Shown here in pieces: positions 25,900 through 38,000 of a stretch of 64,000 nucleotides of DNA. Under the pieces are notes generated by a model, which was given only the letters and a program-made list of their open reading frames with translations, made no database searches and was not told where the DNA came from. Each line of letters starts with the position of its first letter. Position 1 is the stretch's first letter. The position numbers and the translations under genes are program-made. Origin of the DNA: Takakia lepidozioides (Eukaryota; Plantae; Bryophyta); the NCBI GenBank assembly GCA_030704615.1, contig CM060734.1, forward strand, positions 22,258,001-22,322,000, written 5' to 3'.

Positions 25900-27850
25900 G
25901 CACATAGTGTCCAAAGATGGCATGGCGACAGATCCAGCAAAGGTGAGCGCCATAGTCGAATTGCCTGCACCATAGACATCATCTAACGTGAAAGGGTTCC
26001 TTGGCCACACAGGGTGGTATAGGAAATTTATGGACATGTATGCAGCAGAGGCCTACCTCTGACTCGATTATTGAAGAAGAACCAGGTATTTTCCTGGGAT
26101 ACAGGGTGTCAAGAGTCTTTCGAGACACTCAAGCAGCGCTTGGTGTCCGCTCCCGTTTTGGCCGCTCCCGATTGGAACAAGCTTTTCCATGTTTACGTTG
26201 ATCCTTCAACGGTGGCCGTAGGCTGTGCCCTGTGCCAACCAGATGCTGATGGCCATGATCATCCGATATCTTTCGCTAGTCGACAGCTGACATTCGCCGA
26301 AACGAGGTATAGCACCACGGAGCGGGAGGTTCTGGGAATGATTTTTGGCGTAAAGAAGTATCGGCATTATTTGTTGGAGACACCTTTCATTTTTTTTGTT
26401 GATCACATGGCATTACGATACCTGATCAACCCGATTTGACGGGGAGAATAGCCAAGTGGGTTATTCTGCTTCAAGAATTCGACTACAAAATAGTCTACAA
26501 GCCCGGAAGGCTTAATGCTCAAGCCGATCACCTTTCGGAGGAAACAGGGGACGAGCCTATTGACGATGACTTCCCGGATGCATTTTTGTTCTCCATAGAG
26601 ACCGTTCCTCCATGGTATGAACACATAGCTCAGTATTTAAGCACCCTAGAATTTCCCCCAAGATTGGATCGACATGCACGATGAAGGCTTTGACTACGCA
26701 ACATGAAGTTTGCTCTTGTGGGAAGGCAACTTTATAGAAGGGGATTGGATGGACTTTTGAGGCGATGCGTCACCCCGGAGGAGGTTCCCCATATTTTAGA
26801 GTCAGCCCATGATAGCATGTGCAGAGGACACTTTGCAGGGCGGCTCACAGTGCAGAAGGCTTTGAGGGCAGGATACTACTGGCCCTCTATGTTCAAAGAT
26901 GCGCACATGCATGTGCAAAAATGCGACTCTTGTCAGAGGTACGCCAAGCGGGATAATAGGCTCGGAATGTCGTTAGTTCCCACTCTCCCCCTTGCTCCAT
27001 TTGAGAAGTGGAGGATTGACTATGTAGGGAAGTGCACCCTGCATCGAGTCAACAAAATCGCTACATCATTGTAGCCACTGAGTATCTGACCAAGTGGGTA
27101 GAAGCCAAAGCGGTTAAGAGGGCCAACGCACATGTAACCGCCTCTTTCAATATCATTTCCCGATTTGGATGCCCAAAAGAGATAGTGAGTGACAGAGGAT
27201 CTCACTTCATCAACGACGTCACGAGGAAATGATGGTGGCATTCTCCATCAAACATCGAAAGACGACCCCTTATCATCCACAAACGAGTGGACAGGTGGAG
27301 CGCGCCAACCAAACCCTGTGCAACATTCTCTCCAAGACAATCAGGGAGCACAAGAGGGATTGAGACACCAAGTTAACTTTGGCCTTGTGGGCATTTCGCA
27401 CGACCCATAAGGTAACTACTCAACATACCCCCTTTTCATTGGTTTATGGGGTAGAGTCCATCATGCCAATCGAGACAGAAATCCCATCTCTACGATTGGC
27501 CATTACCGAATGGTTGGCGACATCAGAGTCATTAAAGGAACGACTCGAGATGTTGGAAGGATTGGATGAACTCCGGCAAGCAGCAGCTCGACACATTGAG
27601 GCAGTGCAAGGACGAAGAAAGGCTCGCTTTGATGCTAAGCGCAAAAAGAGAATCTTCGATCCAAGAGATCTTGTACTATTATTCGACAGTCGGAACGAGG
27701 AGTTCAAAGCCAAGTTCGACTCATACTGGATAGGCCCCTATCTCGTCAAGACAGTCTTTGACAACGGCTCATTACAACTAGAGACACTAAGGGGAGTGGA
27801 GTTTCCCAATCTGGTGAACGGTGTCCGGTGCAAGCACTACTATCCATTAA
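25900..27850 (+). pseudogene. pol: pol 3' part: RT end, RNase H, integrase
   Basis: FLGHTGWYRKF; PISFASRQLTFAETRYSTTERE; H..GHF..CDSCQ zinc finger; EYLTKWVEA; VSDRGSHF; WIGPYLV. Confidence 0.95.
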
Positions 27851-28164
27851 CCAATGAACTATCCCCCCCCCCACTAAGGGAGAGATCTTTAGGATTTCGT
27901 CCCGGTTTGTCGGAAGGACTTGGTTATTGGAGCTCCACAACGAGGTGGAGTGCGGGGCAACTAAGTTGCAATAATCCAATGAAACTTCTCCAATGGGAAG
28001 AAGTCAGTAGGGCTCTTACCCAAGTAGGTTATTGACACCCTTTCTTGGAGTTCCAAAGGTAGATCTTGGGATGCGGGGCAACTCAGTTGCATTAAAGAGG
28101 TGGTTTGTTCTCCAGAGTGAATTTTCAGGTAGCAATCCATCTAACATCTGAACCAACTATAATT

Positions 28165-28390
28165 TCTTTTTATTCTTTAAAAGGGAAACACCTGGGAGCG
28201 ACAGCTCACAAATCAGGCCTCTTAGTTATAGTGATCGGAAAAAATAACCTCTTCCAGAGTAACCTCGCCGTGAAGGCTTACGCATGGGATACCGCCCATA
28301 ACATACCACAGCCATCAAGGTAGCAAGATTTGACCCAGAACCATCTGGGTGGCACTAAGTGCACTTTCCAACTAAGCTACTAATCGGTGA
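28165..28390 (-). mobile_element. Second copy of the tRNA-derived SINE
   Basis: Shares GGAAACACCTGGGAGCGA..GCTCACAAATCAGGCC and TAGCAAGATTTGACCC with 18690-18900. Confidence 0.75.
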
Positions 28391-28985
28391 TATAAATGAT
28401 GTCAATAAATCCACAAAGAAGCCGATAATAAATATTTCCGACAAAAATGAAAAAAATGCTAAACGCCGTGAGAAATACATTTCAAACCAAAATGAGATAA
28501 ACGGTAAACGCCGGCGAGAATATCTTTCAAGCCAAATTATAGCTCAACAAATTGTGACATTAAATCCAAATGCAACCCATCTAATATCTGAACCAAATGA
28601 AAATGAAAATGAAAATGATATCAATACATAATACATTAGCAGATAAGCTGATAAAAAATATTTCAGACAAAAATGAAAAAAATGCTAAACGCCGTGAGAA
28701 ATATATTTCAAACCAAAATGACATAAACAATAAACGCCGACGAAAACATCTTTCAAGCCAAAGTATAGCTCAACAAATTGTGACATAAACCATCTAACAC
28801 CTAAACCAAATGTAAATGAAAGTGAAAATGATATAAATGATGTCAATAAATTCGCAGAGAAGCCGCTAAAAAATATTTTGAGTAAAAAAAATAAAAAATG
28901 CTAAATGCCGTGAGAAATATATTTCAAACCAAAATGAGATAAACGGTAAACGCCGACGAAAATATATTTCAACCAACAAACCACA
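28391..28985 (+). repeat. Three ~230-240-bp direct repeats at the Helitron 5' coding end
   Basis: KNEKNAKRREKYISNQNEINGKRRR-like block encoded three times. Confidence 0.85.
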
Positions 28986-29179
28986 AAAAACCACGGAAAT
29001 GAAATCTGAACCGACTCCCGACCTAGACGATACAAATGCAAACGAAGGGAAAAATACAGATTCCAAAAAAACCAATATCCATTGATCAAAGATGAAATAT
29101 GTGCTACACAAATTCAAAAATATATTACAAACGAAAATGACGAAAAGGAAAAACTCAAAAGAAAACGAAAGCAAATGTA

Positions 29180-32100
29180 TTGCACTCGAAAAAGCCAAAG
29201 AAGGATCATGAGTTCCCACCCAAAATATGCCTGGAGAATAACTTGTTTTGTTTATCCAACTTCAACAAATACATTAGTAATGCGACTTTCACCAATCTGT
29301 ATTGTTGTGTTTGCAGCAGAGACATAACAACCTCTAACATGTTGAAATGGAGAGTCGATGAATTACAAAGCGAAATTTGAAACACATGAAAAAGTGGTAA
29401 GCCTACAAGTAGAAAACCACTTCGAAGAACATATTCTCCTGGAAGAGGTTCTCCAAGAATTGATTACTGACATAAAACATCAGTTGGACGAATTAAATGG
29501 GTTGTTATTGGACAAACGAGGAATATCAAATACTGCACGTACCATCTTCATTTGTAAAAATTGTAGTTCCACCTTGAAAAAAAACAAGATGCCAAAGTTT
29601 GCACTCGCTAATGGTTTGTGGATCGGAGAATTTCACGACATTTTGCCAATGTTAACAATGGTTGAAGAAGCGTTAATAGCAAGATATCGTTGTTGTGTCA
29701 TATTGTTCAAATTAGGATATGTAAATAAAGACGGAACGAGGAAATTTGGTAAGGTTTGCTCAAAATCCAGGTCATGCAATCAGATTACTAAACAAATTGC
29801 CACCACTGTTAGATTCATTATCCAATATTGTCGTCGTTCACTTCGTCGGTACTTCACATCCACCCATTAATGTCGTGAAAACTTGTAATTTGCTATACGT
29901 ACGTAGATTTGCAGTGACGACATGGTTAATATGGCTGAAAAACAATCACACCGGATACAAAGACATTGAAATTGATAACGACATATTGGATGGTCTACCA
30001 GAGAATGATATTCCACCATCAATCTTGAGATCGGTATTTGAATCCATGTACATTGACTTTGCCAACCCTCAACATCATACCAACATAACGGATTTACACA
30101 ACAAAAAATCACCAAGTAACAAAGACGACGATACGATCCAGCCCGTCATAGACACCTCCGGACTCATCGATTATAACGAAATAGACATAAAGCACGATGA
30201 CCTAATCTCCAATGTTTTACATGGATTACAACTACAATGAAACATGTACTTATCATACACACATGAAACCGAAATGGTGAATGAATATGCAAACCCTAAA
30301 CTAATCGCGTGCATGTTTCCAACGTTATTTCCGTTTGGAATCGGCGAAACCGAAATGAAGAATCGTCCAATTAAAGTAACTTTGGAAGCTCACGTTGAGT
30401 ATTTGATGAGTCTGACTGATATCCATCATGACTTTTCAAAACACCATCTATTTCTATTTTTCATGTTCAATTTAATGCAACGTAGACAAATATGCCTAGG
30501 CGCAAAATTGACAGTTTCGAGATCGTCATTTCAAAGTGAAGCACAACTGCTTAATAATATCCGTTTGGAAGACTTCAATGACATAATAGAAGACGTGAAA
30601 ACAATAAACGACAAACCGGAAATACAAAAACTATTGCGACACTTGAAAATATTAAGTAATCACGTGATGGCATCTGGAAAGCGGTCGTGCAACACAGAGA
30701 AACGAAATATTCAGCATGATGCAACAGTTGGGAACACCGAGCTTGTTCTTCACTTTGAATCCAGCATTCGTACATCATCCTCTCGTGTCCCTGTTAAGTG
30801 GAAACGACATCGATCTTGACATTTTTTCGACGACAACCTCCCAGATCACAACGAAAGGCGTGCAATTGCCACTACGAATCCAAAATCTGAAGCTAAATTT
30901 GTATATATCATCGTGAATGCAGTTTTTAAATATCTACTCCGTGTCAGAGAGATTCCGAAAACTACCACCACAAATCCAGGAGTACTTGGAAATATAAACG
31001 CATATTACGGTTGTTACGAAACCGCGAAAAATGGTTCACTTCACATACACACATTGCTATGGTTAGAAAATGCCCCAAATCCAAACGATCTCGTACAAAA
31101 ACTGAAAGACGACGAAGAATTCAAACGTATGTTGGCATATTTGGACAACATCATAGTACATGACTTGATCCAATTCAAACCCGAAATAACTGTCGACGAC
31201 GATATTCCAACCACTACCATTGACTCCGACAATGAAGAAAACAATATAAAAACCAAAATCCATCCATACACTACTAGACCTCCCGATGTTCATTATGAAA
31301 CATTTCATTCTGACTTTGCCCTGCGACGTTTCAAAACTGTTGAATGTATGCAATCGCCTCGTGTACAATCCAGCGTGCTACGAAACCAACGAAGATGTTT
31401 TCAAAAAGAATTGTAGATACGGATTACCCGCTGTCTTAGTTGAAGAAACACATTTCGACGACGAAACTGGACTACTGCATATAAAACGGATTGACAGATG
31501 GTTGAACAATGCAAATCCATGGATCTTAGTATCAGGAAGATGCAACCACGATTTGAAGTTCGTCGGTGCTTTATAAAATGACGCAAAGACTCTCATATAT
31601 ACTACATTACGGATTACATTACACAATCTTCTATCTAAACATCACACATGTATTCGCTCTTGCAAATAGCCATAAAAAAAATCAAAATGATTTATGACGA
31701 TTTATATTCCGAACATTCAGTTCAGAAAAGCTGCAAATTATTAATTCGATGTTTAAACACGATCGGATCTCAACAAGAGATTTCAGCACCAAGAGCAGTC
31801 AGTTACCTTATGAAATATCCAGATCATTTGACAGACCACCAATTTGCATATCTGCCGTGGTATAGTTTATCCGCATGGATTCGCGAACAAGAACAATCTC
31901 GATCGAACGAAGATGAAAACAATGATTTGAATAGCACCCACGATGATAACGACAACGAAAACACATTCAAAACGTTCAAAGTCGAAAGATCCGAACAGAA
32001 CGACAAGTTAATTCTGTATAATTTTTGCATCGACTACCAAAACAGACCACACAAATTCGGGGAAATGACACCTTACGAGTTCTGCAGTAAATCGTGCAAG

Positions 32101-33666
32101 GTGGAAATCCCATACTATTACAAATTCATGCATGAACATCCGCAAAGTGACACTCAGAGTGCATATGAATATCAGGTAATCAAAGTACCAGTACTACAAG
32201 GCTACAAAATACCTTTGAAAAAAAAAATGCAGCAACGTACACTAGCGCAATCTGTATTCTGTTCATGCCATGGAGATCTTTCCACTATCACAACAAAGTT
32301 GGGAAGACACTCTAGATGAACTATATCCAATATGTTCAGAATTCAACAGAAAATTCATCGCAAATATCGACATGCTGCATGAATGCAAATAATCACGAGA
32401 CTTTGACAGACTGTTACTGAAGAACAAAAATCCAGATGACGACGAGAATGTAGAAGACATCAACATCGACCCCCTGTACAATGAGATGCCAGATGAAATG
32501 CACAAAGATGATAACGACGATATATATGTGGATGAAAATTCGGCGTCACAACAACATACAGAAGACAGTCACAAAAGACCAAAAATTACAAATCGAATAT
32601 CTTATGTGCAACAAGTGAGAACAAATACGTCACCGAGATTACCAACAAGCTCATTACAGATGCCAACGGGGAAATATCACCAACAACACGTACCGCACCA
32701 AAAATAGGAATGATCGAAACTGCGTCGAAAAAATCAAATAAAACCCAAATCAATAAATGGTTGAAAACATTACGGGAATCCAAAAATACGCCCATTGGCA
32801 TTGACAATGAATTGTACGAGTTCGCAAATGCAACTCAATTATCAAAAAATATTCAGCTTCACAACAAAAATCCAGACTTGAGAGAAATTCCAAAAACCGA
32901 ATCATACCGCAGATGACGACAATTGCAATGTAGATACAGATTTCATGCACAATGGAGATCAACATGAAATAGCTAAATATTTTGTCATGAAAAAATATAA
33001 GCTCAACACTTTACAGGAATCAGCATTTGAACGTTTCATAGACCCACAAAATCACCATGTCCATGTAAGAAAACAAACATTAATGTATGTGGGAGGTGCT
33101 GCTGGAACAGGAAAGACTGAAATAATAAAGGCAGTTCAAACATACTTTATAAAAAACTGAGAAACCCAAAATGCTGAAAATCGGTGCGTACACAGCCAAC
33201 GCCGCAATCTTGATAGGGGGATCAACCATTCATGCTCTATTGGGATTCAAAATCAGCCAAAGCATCAATGAATATGACACAAAAAGTTTCATAAACGAAT
33301 GGTCTGGAACTAACTGCTTGATAATAGACGAAGTATTTATGGTCGGATGCAACATGATTGCCGATATTCTACAAAAATTCAAATCAAACATGTTACCATT
33401 TGGAGGACTTAACATAATGTTCATGGGCGATTTCATGCAATTTCCACTAGTTACTGACACGCCTCTGTACTCAAGCAACATACAACCCATATTCACATTC
33501 ACAAAGTACACACAGAAGAAGATTATGGGCAAAAGCCTTTGGGAAAATTACATACGCCCTAACACAATCATGTTGACCCAACAAATGAGAGAAGCCCATG
33601 ATCTCCAATATGCGAAATTGCTACAGAATCTACGCGAAGATAAGTTCACGCATACAGATTTCGAAT
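29180..33666 (+). pseudogene. Helitron Rep (HUH) and PIF1 helicase
   Basis: PKFALANGLWIG; FPTLFPFG; PSLFFTLNP; YETAKNGSLHIHTLLW; NHDLKF; YITDYIT; GGAAGTGKT; IIDEVFMV; GDFMQFP; LTQQMR. Confidence 0.95.
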
Positions 33667-33759
33667 GGGGGGTGCTATTCCGTGAGCCCGGAGGCGTGAG
33701 CCTGTGAGCCCAGGAAAGCGTGAGCCCAGCACAGGCTCACGCCACGTCAGCAGATGGCT

Positions 33760-34215
33760 TAGTGATGAGAGCCAAAAGCAGAAGACGACATTTGAGGGGA
33801 TTAATGAGCACGGGAAGGATTACCTATATCAGTGGCGGTTCTTACCATTTGGGCTTAAGAACGCTCCTGCAGAGTTCCAAAGAGTCATGGACAGGATTCT
33901 AGCAGGGGTGGGCTTTATTCGGTGCTACATAGATGACATCATCATCTTTAGTGCTACGGTGGAGGATCACGAGAGACATGTGGTGTTTGAGAGCTTGAGG
34001 GCGCACGGATTGAAATTACATCCGGGGAAGTGTAAGTTATTCCACAACCAGATTGAGTATCTGGGCCACATGATATATCTTGGAGGATTGGGGGTACAGC
34101 AGACTAAGGTAGAGGCCATTGCACAGATTCCACGCCCCACAGATGTGAGTCGAGTTCGAGCTTTCATGGGGTTGGCAAACTACTATAGACGGTTTGTCAA
34201 GGGATTTAGTGTTAT
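33760..34215 (+). pseudogene. Ty3 reverse transcriptase fragment just inside the MULE left end
   Basis: KTTF..LPFGLKNAPAEFQRVMD..CYIDDIIIFS..YLGH..FMGLANYYRRFVKGFS. Confidence 0.92.
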
Positions 34216-35029
34216 TGTCTGCAAACAGTGCCTATTTCCGCGGATGTCACCTATTTCCGAGTGGTGTCACCTATTTCCGCGGGTTGATGTGGGTAGAATT
34301 GAGAATGCCTGAACAGTTTTTGATGAGGTGGACTTCACCGTGATGGATTCACCAACCATTCTTCTAGCAGGAATAGTTTGGGGACCAACTAGCAAATGAT
34401 GCGAGAATGCTCTACACGAACCAAAGTGGTTTGTTTGTTTTCGCAATGTACTCACGTCTGTGAGGTCCACAAAACACCAAATAGATTGAAGGAACAATCC
34501 AGGCAGTCCATGCAACCCCCATCTCCAACAATAGTTTGTAACCATGAATGTGAATTCCACGCACACATTGCAAACAGGACAACAAGGACACACAACCATC
34601 CCATTTCAAATTTGGCCCAGAATTAAACCAAAAGAAAACTTCATATCAAGTGTCGCAGTCATCACAATCAGTGTCCACCTTCTGTGCTATGTCATCTACA
34701 AAAATTATGGCCCCAACACCACGTGTTCTACGAAGGCCGTCGTAAGGTGGACTCCGAGTGCCATGAACGGACATGCTTGCTGCGAGTGCCTCCGCATAGA
34801 CAGGTAGCACGCAAGACCGAGGAGGACTGCAAACAAGTCCAAATAGGTGTGATAGCCCTGGAGGGCAAGTGGAAGCACGCGGACTCCTGCACATGTCCAC
34901 AAAACCCCATTTTTAACACAATGATGCAATGCACAAGTCCAACAAAGAGGATGTCTCCCATGTGCACTTTGCCTCAAGAACAGCGATTCTCGATATTGAA
35001 ACAACAATGCAAGCATGCACAGGTTGAAC

Positions 35030-38000
35030 TTACTCACAGGCAAAGTCGGAGTCCAGCTCCTTGTCAGAAGTCTCCTCTGTATCAGTATCAGCGGGACGGG
35101 GCTTCGGAAGGACTTGAGAAGTGTGTCCACCCAAACCCATCAGGAGGTTCTTGTAAATCTCAGCATCCCCTTCAATCCCAAAGAGATGTCGCGCACTGGC
35201 CTTGCAAGCGTGGTAAGAAGCACCTGCAGTGGAATATAATGAATGAAGCAGACATTGAAGACACATTCGGAACGGTGGGAAGTGCTGAAAGTGCAAGCTC
35301 AATCAAACCTCATGAAATGTGAATGTTGAAGAGATGAACCTGTGCCCATCGACAAATCCAGAACTCTGGCGTCTGTGTAGGTGCAGCACTCCACAATCGT
35401 TTGAATGAAAGCCGGGCTCCTCTCCCTCGCCCCTCTCCAAGGAACCCCATTCCCCCTTTGCAAGCACACGTTGCTGTCGACGTAGTTGTGATGCATGTCA
35501 TCCGTGGGAGGATCTGTCCTGTCATCTATGAACTTGGCCCCATGAGTGATGGCGAACTCGGTAATGCCGGCCGGAGTCGTTTGTGGATGCACCCGGACGA
35601 GACAAACAGCTTCAAACAGACGAGTCTGCGAACATGACATCCACAAGGAATTTCACGACTCTCATGCCCGAGGCTTTCAAATAGCTGGAAAGTGCACGAC
35701 GACACCGAACGTCGATGGACTGGATGAGCACCAAAACACCTGCATCGGACAGGAAGAAGTTGCAAAAGGAGAAAACCCACCGCCAGTAGCGCTCATCAAA
35801 AACATTCCAACCCGGACAAGCACCCGATGGAGGGATATCCGGGACTGCCAACCCATCAGGGATGTCCAAGATGATGAGTTCGGCTGCATATGGCTTCTCC
35901 TTCCCGTTTACCCAGGATTTGGTCATTTTAGCCTGCAAACAAAAATACAATGGAATTCTCACAAGTTTAGAAACGATCCATGCCCACAGCAGACAAAGAC
36001 AACAAAAGCCACAGAACCCAAAGAGAACACGCACCGTGCTGAGGAACTCCACAATCCTGTCCCACACTGGTGATGGCTCGCCCTTGTTATCAGATTTCTT
36101 CGACTCCATCATGGCAAGGAACCCGACGTTGGCCATCTCCAACCTGGTTGGGCGAATGACCCTCGTGGGATGTTCCACTGCATGGTACGGGTCCTTGGGA
36201 TCAACCACCCCCTTGTTTTTTCTCCCGGATCCCCTACCATGCGGTGGAGTCTGCTGGACATGCTCCACAGGGCCAATATCTGCAACACTTCCCTGCCCTT
36301 GTGCCACCTTCCCTCTACCCCTTCCCTTCCCCACAACACCAGCAACATCTTTTCCCTTTGCCTTTCTTCCTCTACCTGGGGTATCCTGAGCGGGAGGCTC
36401 CTTCTCTGCAAGAGTCCTCAAATTTCGTTCATGAATGTCGAGGTCGGCTGCTGCGGCAGTGGCTGCAATACGGTCATTCTCTCTCCTCAAAGACACCTCT
36501 GGAGCTGGGGTCTCAGAAGGAGGGCAATCCAAATACCAACCACAAGAAGAAAGATGGTATGGGCCCCAGTCATGCAAGATCCCAGTAGTAAACATGGTCT
36601 GGTTGCCAGCAGGGACAAGCCACAGGTCCACGAAATCTGGATGTTTGTCCAGGCAATTCTCTTCCAGGAAAACAAACTTTATGTATCTGCAGCAACAGAG
36701 ACAGCCTCATTTTACAATGGAAATATTGTGTGGCAACTTTTCCATCACACCAGGAAGACCCCCTTCAACAGTATGCCACACAACACATTGCAACCACAGC
36801 ACAAATAAGTAGTGCAAGAGTGTGCACCTGTAAAGGCATCGTTTCCAGGCTTCCTCTCCTTTTTCTTGCTGGTCCAGCTCATTTGTTCGACTGATGCCAC
36901 CCTCCTTGCTGGAACTCTCTAAAGAAACAAGAGTGCCACACTGTGGCTCTCCATTTCCTCATGTATGCTTCGAAGGACACCTTCGGTGCTATCATACTGA
37001 TGCCATAGTCAGCCAGCTGAGTATGCAGAACCGATCTGGCCCTTTCTTCCAACTGCAAAACAATACAAATGCAAGAATGAACCCAAAAGCAATCACAGCG
37101 AATGTAAGAGGCAATAGAAAGATAAGGACATGAAAAGAGAAAAGACAGTGACACAGGGAAGGACATCACACCTGGCTCCAGTAAGTGGCCTTGTGAAGCC
37201 AGGTGTCCAACACATTGTCACTGACAGGAATGACACGCTGGGTCTTCTTCTCTTTCTCCGGCCTTGGGAACATGTGGGTATCCCTAACTGTGGGATCGGA
37301 GTTCCATATCTGCAGCCACTTCACCTTTTGTTCTGGAGACACTACGGCGGTAGACAACCTGTGCAACTTCTCCTGGGCCATTTCTGGCTTGCCTGGCTTG
37401 TTATAATGGTTTTTTATCTCCAGGAGAAACTGCGGTCCGAATGATGGGTCGGCAATTCTCAACTGCTTCACGAAAGCACTCATTATAGTCCTTCTTGTAG
37501 CGGTCATCTCTTTCTGGATGTGACTCTCAACCCCCTTTGCTGTCCTTCTCTCCTCAGGGGTAGAGCTGTAGTATTCCAGTTTGCCACGCTCCCCTGCATC
37601 TGCAATGTCTTGCTGCAAGGGAATGCAAGAGAGTTGCATCAACACAAGGTCAAGGGAAACAAACAGAAACAAACATGTGGAATATGGAAGACCAGATGAA
37701 GGAAGATGTATCTCACCGTGTACATGTACTCCATGAAAGCCTCACGGGTCAACGAGTACCACGTTTCCGATGTCTTGGAGCTTTCGCACTTCTTGTACAT
37801 CTCCGCTGAAAGGATGGTCTTGAAGTTGGTCAAGGGCATCTGCCTGATCCTTTGTATCCTATACAGTGTGTGAACCAAACTCGTTTTGACATGCGATGTC
37901 TCCGTTCCTTTGCAGAATGATATCTGTAAGTCAGAATGAAATTCAAGGTCTTCAATCAAAGAAGAACGGAACCACAAGTGGAACATGTAGAATGAGAAAC

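Larger units (their letters stand above)
9670..28100 (+). mobile_element. Ty3/Gypsy LTR retrotransposon (non-chromovirus type), degenerate, split by a hAT insertion; 3' LTR not seen
   Basis: Putative LTR and PBS, then gag, PR, RT, RNase H and integrase in Ty3 order; the RT frame LLL|GHIVSKDG rejoins across 15453-25891. Confidence 0.9.
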
